From: Lyngbya sp. CCAP 1446/10
GTDB lineage: Bacteria; Cyanobacteriota; Cyanobacteriia; Cyanobacteriales; Microcoleaceae
Reading direction: 5' to 3'
DNA: 32,000 nt
NCBI RefSeq assembly: GCF_026130175.1
Contig: NZ_JAIGNI010000057.1
Coordinates: 1 to 32,000, forward strand
Shown here: positions 17,438 to 25,755 of the stretch, in pieces
How the letters are laid out: every line of letters begins with the position of its first letter
Position numbering within the stretch: position 1 is the first letter of the stretch
Translations under genes and position numbers: made by a program
Notes under the pieces: generated by a model
What the model was told of the DNA's origin: nothing
The model's input: the letters and a program-made list of their open reading frames with translations, nothing else
The model's database searches: none

Positions 17438-17985
17438 GATGGCTTTATATTACAATATAATTGGTCAACGACCCACCCGAGACGATGGACCAAACAGCCT
17501 ATACGAGCGAAGTTCAGCCTTGTGCTGACGGCGAAGCAAAATCGGTAGACCGGGAAAAGAGGATAGGGCAATGGTAAACATCCCTAGAATCAAAACGTAG
17601 AAGAATTCCGTTTGGTATTCGACACGTAAAAACCGCAGGGCTTGCGGGGTTAGTCTGTGGAGCGAACATAAGACCAAATCTCTTTGAGGGTGGAGGCAGT
17701 TGCGAAGAAGCAGAAATTCAAATCGTGAGGTTTCGGAATCCCCGTGCGTTCACGCCGGGGAGGATGTCAACAATGTGTCCTAGGGAATGGTTGAGCCAGT
17801 AGTTGAGGCCTCCGGCAGACAATTTTGGGGAGCATCTCAGTTTTGCATTTACACGGAGCAAGCGATCGTCCCGCTCGCACTCCTAAAAATGCTTTTTAGA
17901 AAAACGAGATGCTTCCCAATTTTGATACAAAACCCACCCCCGCCCTAGGCCTAGGCCTACTTTTATGGCATTCTTCCTTATTCCT

Positions 17986-18021
17986 GAAATCCGTGAAATC
18001 CGTGACATCCGTGACATCCGT
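17986..18021. repeat. 9-mer tandem repeat (GAMATCCGT) x4, flanked by 13-bp direct repeats
   Basis: gaaatccgt gaaatccgt gacatccgt gacatccgt. cttccttattcct occurs on both sides (about 17972-17985 and 18042-18055). It lies in the 3' flank of sucD. Confidence 0.8.
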
Positions 18022-18076
18022 GGAGCGAATCCGTTGCCGAACTTCCTTATTCCTTCGCCTGTAACTTCCGAAGCAA

Positions 18077-18973
18077 TCATTTTTTCTTGAGCAACTTTTT
18101 GAGCAGCTTAGGAACCTCCGAAGGCCTAGCAGCCACCGGTATTTCCGCCTCTTCAAAGGCAGCCATTTTGTTTTGGGCCTTCACACCAAAGGCTTTCTGG
18201 GCAGCAGCGCGAGAACTGATCAGGATGCCTGCGTGGCCCAAAGACGGGCCTTTGGGAGCGTAGCGGCCGGCCAGATAAGCAACCACAGGTTTGTCGATCG
18301 CCGAAGCGATGTAAGAAGCAGCAGCTTGTTCACTCCAACCCCCAACTTCCCCGATCAAAACCATCGCCTCCGTACTGTCATCTTCGTCCAAAAGTTGCAG
18401 CCACTGCATAAAAGAAGAACCAACAATCGCGTCGCAGCCAATACAAACCGCCATCGACTGTCCCAAACCCGCCTCAGTCAGTTCTAGGGCAACTTCGTAA
18501 GTCAAAGTGCTGCTGCGGCTGATTACGCCGATCGAGCCGGGAGTGTAAAATTCCTTGGGGTGAGTTCCCAGCAGCAGTTGATCGGGGACAATAATCCCTG
18601 GACTGTTGGGCCCGATCACCAAAGTTTCCGTGGCCTCTGCTTTTCTGACTAAGTGCACCAGATCCAGAGGAGGCACTCCCTCCGTGACGATCGCGATTTG
18701 CCGAATTCCCGCCGCGATCGCTTCTAGAGCCGCATCCAGCACCCAGTAAGCGTCTACCAAAATTACCGTAGTATCAATATGACCTACTGCCGCCACGGCT
18801 TCTTCTACCAAATCAAAAATCGGAATTCCCTCCAAATCCAGCCCTCCCCGACCGGGACTGACACCGGCGACTACATTAGTGCCGTATGCTTTCATCATCA
18901 GGGCGGCGCGGGTTGAGGCGGGAGATTCTGTAATGCCCTGTACTAGGACTTTGCTTTCAGGAGTTAAATTCAT
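18077..18973 (-). CDS. sucD: Succinate--CoA ligase subunit alpha
   Basis: 298 aa. VLVQGIT...YGTNVVAGVSPGRGG and the phosphohistidine loop SLGHAGILIS. Confidence 0.9.
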   Translation of the reverse strand: MNLTPESKVLVQGITESPASTRAALMMKAYGTNVVAGVSPGRGGLDLEGIPIFDLVEEAVAAVGHIDTTVILVDAYWVLDAALEAIAAGIRQIAIVTEGVPPLDLVHLVRKAEATETLVIGPNSPGIIVPDQLLLGTHPKEFYTPGSIGVISRSSTLTYEVALELTEAGLGQSMAVCIGCDAIVGSSFMQWLQLLDEDDSTEAMVLIGEVGGWSEQAAASYIASAIDKPVVAYLAGRYAPKGPSLGHAGILISSRAAAQKAFGVKAQNKMAAFEEAEIPVAARPSEVPKLLKKLLKKK

Positions 18974-19054
18974 GTTTTCCTAGTTAACACTCGATCTTTA
19001 AAAAGTAGAAGGCTTTGATTTGTCCAGAGTTCTCGTTTTGCCGATCGACTCTCG

Positions 19055-20287
19055 CTACTTGGCAGATGATACAGCTTGAGCCACAGCTTCATCTAAAGTT
19101 CTAGCTAGCTGCACCGGCAACTGTCCCAAACGCTTTTTCACTGCATCAGCATCGATCGCTACCAGGCGAAGCACAACTTGAATGTGCCGGTTGGCGCGAG
19201 CTTTCCGTTCCAAATAGCCCACTACGGCCGCGATGATTTCCTCGCTCTTGGAAGCGCTGCCCAAAATATTTACAAGTATCACCTTAACGCTTTTATCCTG
19301 AGCGACTAACTCCAGACCCAAATCCGTGCGATCGCGCAAAGCATTTACTGCATCGTAGCGGTCTAGGGAACCCATATTCAGAAAATTAGCTGGTTTTCCT
19401 CCTTGGTGGGCTACAGCATCCAGAGTTGCCATTGTCAAGCCGACTCCGTTGCACAAAATCCCGATATTCCCATCTAGTTCGATTAATTGCAGGGATTCGG
19501 AATTCGAGATTGGGGATTGAGATTTGGAGTCAAACTGCGACGGCGACTGCTGCGCCTTTGAGTTAGAATTCCGGCGATCATCGCCCACATAGGGATTTCT
19601 CCTGTCCCCTACCAACCCGCTGCTTTGGCTTTCACCCGAAAGTGCGGCCAAGTCTGGATGCCGTCCCAAGGCATCGTCGTTGGCGCTGACTTTACCATCT
19701 AAAGCCATTAACTCTCCCGTTGGACTGATGCCGAGAGGATTGATTTCTACTAAATCTAAATCTTTTTCGACAAACAACCGGTACATTTTCTCGACAATGG
19801 TACTCACCGATTGAATCAAATCTCCCTGCAATCCCATTTTCAGCATCAGACGCCTCGCGTAGAATGGCGAAAATTCCTGGTCTACGGCAACTTGCTGCAT
19901 TTGGTCGATCGACCGTTCGACATCCATACCTCCTTGTCTCGAACCCAGAAGTACCGGGCGGCGGGCTATGGGGTCTAGGAGTACAGCCAAGTACAATTCT
20001 TGGTCAGCGTTGTACTTGGCTTCTGCTAACAGGACTTGCGGATATTCATTCTCGATCGGCAAATTAAAAATTGTTTGAGCCGCAGCGACTGCATCGATCG
20101 TATTTTCCACAAATTTAATGCCACCCGCCCGGCCTCGTCCCCCAGCCCGCACTTGCGACTTAAGTACAACTGGGTAGGGAATTTTCAGCCCTTTGAGGTC
20201 GGCGGGTTTGTCAATCCGCTGCGACGGCAAAATCGGAATTGCCATCTGGCGAAATAAAGATTTAGCTTGGTACTCTAACAAATCCAT
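19055..20287 (-). CDS. sucC: Succinate--CoA ligase subunit beta (ATP-grasp), with an expanded inter-domain linker
   Basis: Start chosen at MDLLEYQAKSLF (canonical SucC N-terminus; the tracked ORF starts 25 codons earlier). VLKSQVRAGGRGRAGGIKF, LDGNIGILCNGVGLTMATLD, NILGS. Confidence 0.88.
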   Translation of the reverse strand: MDLLEYQAKSLFRQMAIPILPSQRIDKPADLKGLKIPYPVVLKSQVRAGGRGRAGGIKFVENTIDAVAAAQTIFNLPIENEYPQVLLAEAKYNADQELYLAVLLDPIARRPVLLGSRQGGMDVERSIDQMQQVAVDQEFSPFYARRLMLKMGLQGDLIQSVSTIVEKMYRLFVEKDLDLVEINPLGISPTGELMALDGKVSANDDALGRHPDLAALSGESQSSGLVGDRRNPYVGDDRRNSNSKAQQSPSQFDSKSQSPISNSESLQLIELDGNIGILCNGVGLTMATLDAVAHQGGKPANFLNMGSLDRYDAVNALRDRTDLGLELVAQDKSVKVILVNILGSASKSEEIIAAVVGYLERKARANRHIQVVLRLVAIDADAVKKRLGQLPVQLARTLDEAVAQAVSSAK

Positions 20288-20581
20288 TTTTAATAACGAG
20301 TGATGGGTATTTTGCAACAAGCAATTCGTCGTTCTTGGCAATTCATAATTAATAGATACCAATTAGCTTTTTGTCAAGTTAAAATTTAAAAGTTAGGGCT
20401 TTGAGCTTTTAATTTTAATCTTAAATTTTTATGTTGCCGATTACTTATTCGGTATTGCTAGAAGATCACCTATCGATTAAGCTGTTTTGTAGTTTTTGTT
20501 TTGCGATCGACTAATTGCAAAATTTTACTGTTGACTCGCGCGGGGACAGGGTAGGGAGATGGTTGGTAGTTGTTTTATAGC

Positions 20582-20722
20582 CTTTCTCAGAAAGATCAGG
20601 TACGCGAACGGCATTGGGCATTGGGCATTGGCCAAACAGGGCATTGGGCGAAGCGAAGCGGAGGGATTGGGCATTGGGCTATCCTCACTTTTTTGAGAAC
20701 CGCTATATCTTCGTACTTTGGG
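20582..20722 (+). repeat. Composite GGGCATT-type repeat element, copy 1 (core)
   Basis: ctttctcagaaagatcaggtacgcgaac..(cattggg)n..ggcgaagcgaagcggagggattgggcattgggctatcctcac..gagaaccgctata..ctttggg. Nearly identical blocks recur at 22526-22743 in the same orientation. Weaker similarity continues to ~20785. Confidence 0.85.
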
Positions 20723-20827
20723 CAATACTGATCCGAGATATTTCTGCCAGCTAATTATCAATTGATGCTAAGTAAATCCACCTAATTAAACGTCAAATAC
20801 GGCTCGCGCTCAAGCTTGCCGTGTATG

Positions 20828-20868
20828 TCTTCTTCCTTCTTCCTTCTTCCTTCTTCCTTCTTCCTTCT
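20828..20868. repeat. Pure polypyrimidine heptamer array (TTCTTCC) x5, equal to (GAAGGAA)n on the - strand
   Basis: Read directly. The array overlaps the stop codon (20867-20869) of the minus-strand GT2 gene. Confidence 0.9.
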
Positions 20869-22375
20869 AATTAGCAGTGCCTTGATGGACGGTTTTAACC
20901 CATTTCAGTCGCTTGGGACGCACCGAAATCCGAGCCGTCACAATCCCTACCAGCAGCCAGTGCAACATATACACAGTACCCCGCAGCGTTTGCAGCAAGG
21001 TGACAAAAACTCTTTTAATGTCAAATTTCGTCTCTTTGCGAGTGCGACGCAAACCGACAAACATTCCGACCAGCGACAAGGTAAGAGTCATCACAGTTAT
21101 CGGACTGGCTAGAGGCATCCGGCGCAGCGCAATTGACATCAAAAAGTCAGGCAGCGCTACTGTGGGCAAGAAATATTGAGATACCCAAAATCCAAATAAA
21201 TCCCAAGTTTTCCCCGTTCCCATCCGGTTGCGAAAAATTAGCCGCCAATAGTCAAGATAACGCTGATAGCCGCCTTCTGCCCACCGATTGCGCTGGTGCC
21301 ACAGGGCGCGAGCATTGGTGACTCCTTCTTCTGACACGGCTGGGGAAGCCAAAAATTCAATGTCCCACTGGTCTAGGTGCAGCCTCACGGTCAAATCTAG
21401 GTCGTCGGTAATCGTTTCCTCGTTCCAGCCGCCGCAGCGTTCTAAGGCTGTACGGCGCATGAATTGGCCGTTACCGCGCAATTCTCCTATGCCGCCGATC
21501 GCAATCCGTTGCTGCTGGAAAAAACTATCGAGAGCCATTTCTGCTTCTTGGCCGCGAGTCCACACATTTACCGCAGCATTGGCGATGGCTTTTCTGACTT
21601 GCACCGCGCCTACCTGTTCTGCATTGAACATCGGCAGCACCCGGCGCAGCAAATCCGGTGTTACCGTGGCGTCGGCGTCAAATATGCCCACAAATTCACC
21701 GCGAGTCAGCGGCAAAACTTGATTCAGGGCTCCTGACTTACCGCCGCTGGCATTTGCTCCTCTGCTAAATACTTTGAGCTGCGGGTACTGTTTGGTTAGC
21801 TGTTCCAAAACCAGCGCTGTGCTGTCGCTGCTGTGATCGTCGATCGCCCAAACTTCGTAACGGTCGATCGGGTAATCTACATTGCAGATTGATTGTACGA
21901 ATCGGGCAATCACCGCTTCCTCATTTTTCGCCGCCACCAGCAGCGACACAAATGGCCAATCCTCTCGACTTTCATCGGCAAGAGGAGGCAGTGCGGGCTT
22001 GGGCTGGGCAAACAAAACTCGCAATGCTTGCATCCACAGCAGTCCCGTCAACCCCCACACTACCCACGCACCCCAAGAAATCAAGTGTAGGGCGATCGTC
22101 CCTCCCCAAATCGCAGTCAGCACCGCGGCAGCTTTTCCCCGCCGTCCCCGGTACAGATTCTGAGGAAAAGATGGAGATCCCGGCACAGACACCGCAACTG
22201 GGAGCTCTGATGAAGTTTCTGCGTCAAACACCCTGTCGCCCATGTCTGGTAGGGCAAATATTTTGCTTACCTTCGAGTTCGAGGTCAAACTCTTGAGCTC
22301 TTCTTTCGCTAAATCAGGGATGTCCAAGTTAAGCTCGCTGCGATCGTCGTTTTCTGGCCAAGAACTCTCCTGCAT
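20867..22375 (-). CDS. Membrane-bound family-2 glycosyltransferase (processive-type D,D,D,QxxRW)
   Basis: 502 aa. VSLLVAAKNEE, WAIDDHSSD, GKSGALN, IFDADA, TITDDLD, HQRNRWAEGG. TM segments lie on both sides of the catalytic domain. Confidence 0.85.
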   Translation of the reverse strand: MQESSWPENDDRSELNLDIPDLAKEELKSLTSNSKVSKIFALPDMGDRVFDAETSSELPVAVSVPGSPSFPQNLYRGRRGKAAAVLTAIWGGTIALHLISWGAWVVWGLTGLLWMQALRVLFAQPKPALPPLADESREDWPFVSLLVAAKNEEAVIARFVQSICNVDYPIDRYEVWAIDDHSSDSTALVLEQLTKQYPQLKVFSRGANASGGKSGALNQVLPLTRGEFVGIFDADATVTPDLLRRVLPMFNAEQVGAVQVRKAIANAAVNVWTRGQEAEMALDSFFQQQRIAIGGIGELRGNGQFMRRTALERCGGWNEETITDDLDLTVRLHLDQWDIEFLASPAVSEEGVTNARALWHQRNRWAEGGYQRYLDYWRLIFRNRMGTGKTWDLFGFWVSQYFLPTVALPDFLMSIALRRMPLASPITVMTLTLSLVGMFVGLRRTRKETKFDIKRVFVTLLQTLRGTVYMLHWLLVGIVTARISVRPKRLKWVKTVHQGTAN

Positions 22376-22525
22376 AGGTTACTTGATTTAACCACCAATA
22401 GTTTTTGATTTTAGAGATAAGTATCTACTGTACCAGTTTCTGGGCTTTTGTCGAAAGCCAATGGGAGCAGGTTTGTGGGGACTCGCCCAAGAGTACGGCC
22501 CAGGGAAACTGGCATTGCATAGAGT

Positions 22526-22743
22526 CTTTCTCAGAAAGATTAGGTACGCGAACCGCATTGGGCAAACAGGGCATTGGCCAAACAGGGCATTGGCCAAACA
22601 GGGCATTGGGCATTGGCCAAACAGGGCATTGGGCGAAGCGAAGCGGAGGGATTGGGCAAACAGGTCATTGGGCGAAGCGAAGCGGAGGGATTGGGCATTG
22701 GGCTATCCTCACCACGCTTGAGAACCGCTATAGAGTCTTTGGG
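22526..22743 (+). repeat. Composite GGGCATT-type repeat element, copy 2 (expanded)
   Basis: Same ends as copy 1. Internal 16-mer (ccaaacagggcattgg) is present about 3-4 times, and a ~39-bp unit ending gcgaagcgaagcggagggattggg twice. atagagtcttt occurs at both ends (about 22519 and 22729). Weaker similarity continues to ~22850. Confidence 0.85.
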
Positions 22744-22843
22744 ATTACCCATCCAAAAACGGATACAAGCCCCCGATAATTATCGTGATCCGATCCAAAT
22801 TTTATAGCCAAATTCAAGCCCGCAGATTTACTACGCTGCAAGT

Positions 22844-22878
22844 AAATCTAGGATCTAAAATCTAAAATCTCAAATCGA
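22844..22878. repeat. Degenerate heptamer repeat (AAATCTA-like) x5
   Basis: aaatcta ggatcta aaatcta aaatctc aaatcga. Confidence 0.6.
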
Positions 22879-22957
22879 CTGAGTTTTGCTTGCGATCGAC
22901 TAGGAATATCTGCTAGTTTTTTCAGATGATCTCAACCCACTGTCAGGATGCGGAAAT

Positions 22958-23332
22958 ATGTCTCTTCCTCAACTGAAACCAGCCGACGACAAAGAAGTGA
23001 AAGTCTACGCGCCTTTCTATCAAGAGCCCAAGCGCAAGTTCTTGCCGCACGCTATTGGCCTCTACAAGCTCAAAAGCTTGGAGGGGGCAAGAAAAATTGA
23101 CGGCGGCGAAGATGTACCCTTTGTAGCTAGTTGGAATATCTCGTCGCTGCCGATGGATTTGACCCGCTGTCGGGTGTTGTTTGACGGCAATGCTGAACTC
23201 AGCTACGAAGTGACTCTGCAAAGCTCGGAGTTTGTCAGTTGCTTAATTGAGGTACTTTTGACTTTTCAGCGGACTCGTACCGTCGATTTTTCTAAAACGT
23301 TTTACCGGAAGCTCATGCGCATGGATGAGTGA
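22958..23332 (+). CDS. Hypothetical protein (124 aa)
   Basis: Clean ORF with no overlapping alternative, followed by a long hairpin. No motif I can name. Confidence 0.55.
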   Translation: MSLPQLKPADDKEVKVYAPFYQEPKRKFLPHAIGLYKLKSLEGARKIDGGEDVPFVASWNISSLPMDLTRCRVLFDGNAELSYEVTLQSSEFVSCLIEVLLTFQRTRTVDFSKTFYRKLMRMDE

Positions 23333-23384
23333 TTTTCACCGCACCCGCGCTTTCCAAAGTTTGTAATTAATTGCTACATAAAAT

Positions 23385-23450
23385 GCGCACTAATAATGTA
23401 ATGCCATCGGGACGGCGAGATTATATTATTGGTGCGCTATTTCTATTTTA
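23385..23450 (+). terminator. 13-bp stem (one G-U pair) with a 27-nt loop and a T-rich tail
   Basis: gcgcactaataat (23385-97) pairs with attattggtgcgc (23425-37), followed by tatttctatttta. Confidence 0.4.
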
Positions 23451-23875
23451 GGATTTACGCGCGCTGACTGATGAAACCTGGTTTCTACGAGATTTAGCGT
23501 TTAGTAATGAGAAATATACGAATAAGCCTGGTCTTTCGCCTCCCATGCGTAAGCCTTGTATTTCAAAAGCCGGAAGACTAACTGAGTTATTTTATTGTTA
23601 TCAAGCATCCCTTGGGCGATGCTTTAAAGTGCGATCGCACCTTCGCATTTCGTTCAATTTTAAATAGTTATTGAAAACCGATGCTCAAAAAAAATATGAA
23701 AAAAAATGTAAAAAAAATGCGAACAAAAGGGTGGCGAACAAGTGAATAAAAGTTTCCACAAAAAAATCAATCTACGCAAACGCGACAAAATCGAGTATAA
23801 TCGGATAGCGAAATTGACTCGCCGTGCTGAAATACTGTTGAATAAACTAAATTTATTTAAATAGACAGGTGCAAA

Positions 23876-24973
23876 TTGAGGAGAGAAGGCGTACCAAAAT
23901 TGACTAAATATTTGCTGATCGGTTCGACAAAAGCTTACAGCGGCAAGTCTGCGATCGCCCTGGGGATGGCCCTCGCACTTCGGGAACAAGGACTGGCGAT
24001 CGCCTACGGCAAACCTCTGGGAACCTGTTTCAGCTCGGAGGGAGCTGGAGCCGAGGAGGAAGACGTGCGGTTTGCGGTAGAGACGCTGAAGCTCTCAGAA
24101 AGTCAGATACCGTCAACTCTGCTGTCTTTGGACGAAGAGACGGTTCACAAGCGTTTGCGCGGAGAAGACAAGATAGATTACCGCCAGTCTCTGGCGCAAT
24201 ATTTGCAAGATCCCAGCGGAGACTTGGTGCTGTTGGAAGGCCCGGCTAATTTGGAGGAAGGCAGTCTGTTTGACTTGTCTTTGGCTCAAATTGCTGAGGT
24301 AGTTGATGCCTCTGTGCTTCTGGTAGTCCGCCCGATCGATCTTTATGTAGACGATTTGCTGTCGGCTAAACGGCGTTTGGGTTCCCGCTTGGCTGGTGTT
24401 GTACTCAACGACGTTCCCTCGGACAAACTCGAATCCATCACGGCGACTGTGCGGCCTTTTCTGGAGCGTCGCGGCATTCCGGTTTTGGGAATGCTACCGA
24501 GAAGCGCTTTGCTGCGCAGTGTCAGCGTCAAAGAATTGGTGCACCAATTGAAAGCTGATGTCCTCTGCCGTCGAGACCGTTTGGACTTGATGGTGGAAAC
24601 CTTGACAATTGGTGCGATGAATGTTAGCTCAGCTATGAAGTATTTCCGCAAAGCAAGAAATATGGCGGTAGTCACCGGGGGCGATCGCACCGACATTCAG
24701 CTAGCAGCTTTGGAAAGCTCGACTCAGTGCTTAATTCTCACCGGCCACTTGCCTCCTTCTCCCCTCGTGATTGGCAGGGCAGAAGAAATGGAAATTCCAG
24801 TTTTGTCTGTTGATTTGGATACCTTAACCACGGTGGAAATTATCGACAGCACCTTTGGCAGCGTGCGCCTGCACGAACCGATCAAGGTGGAATGCGTTAG
24901 TCAGCTAATGGCAGAACACTTTGACCTCAAGAGCATGATGGCATCCTTGGGTTTGGGCGATCAAGTCCATTAA
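23876..24973 (+). CDS. Phosphotransacetylase-N-terminal-like protein (BioD-like P-loop plus DRTGG domain)
   Basis: KYLLIGSTKAYSGKSAIALGMA, VVLNDVP, VVTGGDRTDIQLAAL. The start is uncertain: TTG at 23876 or TTG at 23900. Confidence 0.8.
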   Translation: MRREGVPKLTKYLLIGSTKAYSGKSAIALGMALALREQGLAIAYGKPLGTCFSSEGAGAEEEDVRFAVETLKLSESQIPSTLLSLDEETVHKRLRGEDKIDYRQSLAQYLQDPSGDLVLLEGPANLEEGSLFDLSLAQIAEVVDASVLLVVRPIDLYVDDLLSAKRRLGSRLAGVVLNDVPSDKLESITATVRPFLERRGIPVLGMLPRSALLRSVSVKELVHQLKADVLCRRDRLDLMVETLTIGAMNVSSAMKYFRKARNMAVVTGGDRTDIQLAALESSTQCLILTGHLPPSPLVIGRAEEMEIPVLSVDLDTLTTVEIIDSTFGSVRLHEPIKVECVSQLMAEHFDLKSMMASLGLGDQVH

Positions 24974-25182
24974 GCACGCAGCCCGAACTGAGCGAAGAAG
25001 CTATTCGGCAGAGCGAAGAAGGCCAAGAGAGTTTTTTATTGGAAAAATAAAATAAAAAGTTCTTAAATTCTCAATTTTTCTTGAATTCTACCTTCAGACA
25101 TTCTGCCTTCTGGCTTCCTCAAATCTCCCCATTTCTGGTCAGATATCGTAAATCAGGAATTCTTAACTTCTTTTTGGCGGCA

Positions 25183-25743
25183 ATGGCTAGTGAGTCTGCT
25201 AGAATCCACAACGTAGTTTTATTTAATTTAATAAATTCTTTGAGTCAATCAATTGAGCTACCCAGAGTTGATGATTTTTTACAAGAACTTGCGGCAATCC
25301 AGCAAACCAGCTCCAAGCGGATTGCTCTTTTGGGTTCTCGCCACGTTCCTATTACCCACCAGCAGCTAATTGAGATGCTGAGCTACGCCATAGTTCTGGG
25401 AGGCAACCAGCTCATCACATCGGGGGCTACAGGCACCAATTCAGCCGCAATTCGGGGCGCAATGCGAGCAGATCCTAATCTGCTGACAGTGATTTTGCCA
25501 CAAAGTATGAGCCGCCAGCCGCGGGAGTCCCGCGAGCAGCTCGAACAAGTCATACATTTGGTAGAAAATCCCAAAAATGACAGCTTGTCTCTCCCGGAAT
25601 CCAGCGCCATGTGCAACCAGGAGATTATTTCTCGCTGTCAGCAACTGATCTGTTTTGCTTTTCACGAAAGCCACACTTTGCTGAAAACTTGCCAGGATGC
25701 GGAGGAACAGCGCAAAGTGGTGACTCTGTTCTATTTTGATTGA
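25183..25743 (+). CDS. DprA/SLOG-like Rossmann-fold protein
   Basis: Start chosen at MASESARIH. RIALLGSRHVP....LGGNQLITSGATGTNSAAIRGAM....LTVILPQS follows the DprA-type pattern (GSR..SG.A.G.D.AA). Confidence 0.6.
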   Translation: MASESARIHNVVLFNLINSLSQSIELPRVDDFLQELAAIQQTSSKRIALLGSRHVPITHQQLIEMLSYAIVLGGNQLITSGATGTNSAAIRGAMRADPNLLTVILPQSMSRQPRESREQLEQVIHLVENPKNDSLSLPESSAMCNQEIISRCQQLICFAFHESHTLLKTCQDAEEQRKVVTLFYFD

Positions 25744-25755
25744 AATGCGAGGCGG

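Noticed and set aside
17725-17760. tRNA-like T-arm (ggtttcggaatcc resembles GGTTCGAATCC)
   Set aside because: The flanks do not form a 5-bp T-stem, and no acceptor, D or anticodon arms can be drawn around it.
20867-22375. Specific assignment of the GT2 enzyme as the cyanobacterial monoglucosyldiacylglycerol synthase
   Set aside because: The size and architecture are compatible, but I cannot verify orthology without a search. Only the family-level call is kept.
22560-22700. Possible CRISPR array, considered for this region, for 26257-26363 and for 17986-18021
   Set aside because: The units are 7-39 bp and directly abutting, with no unique spacers of 25-40 bp. No cas genes are present other than the unrelated iscB. 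These are microsatellite or minisatellite repeats.
20525-22807. ORFs inside the GGGCATT-type repeat elements (for example 20525-20761 on the - strand, 22388-22606 on the - strand, 22405-22779 on the + strand), which translate to PMPNAQCPMP or GIGQTGHWAK repeats
   Set aside because: Every frame on both strands is open across the repeats, which is the signature of translated tandem DNA repeats. No start context or non-repeat domain is present.
23451-23560. MITE-like segment (ggatttacgcgcgc ... gaaacctggtttc ... catgcgtaagcc) downstream of the 124-aa ORF
   Set aside because: The terminal inverted repeats are only about 6 bp (ttacgc/gcgtaa). No target-site duplication is visible, and there is no second copy in the window.
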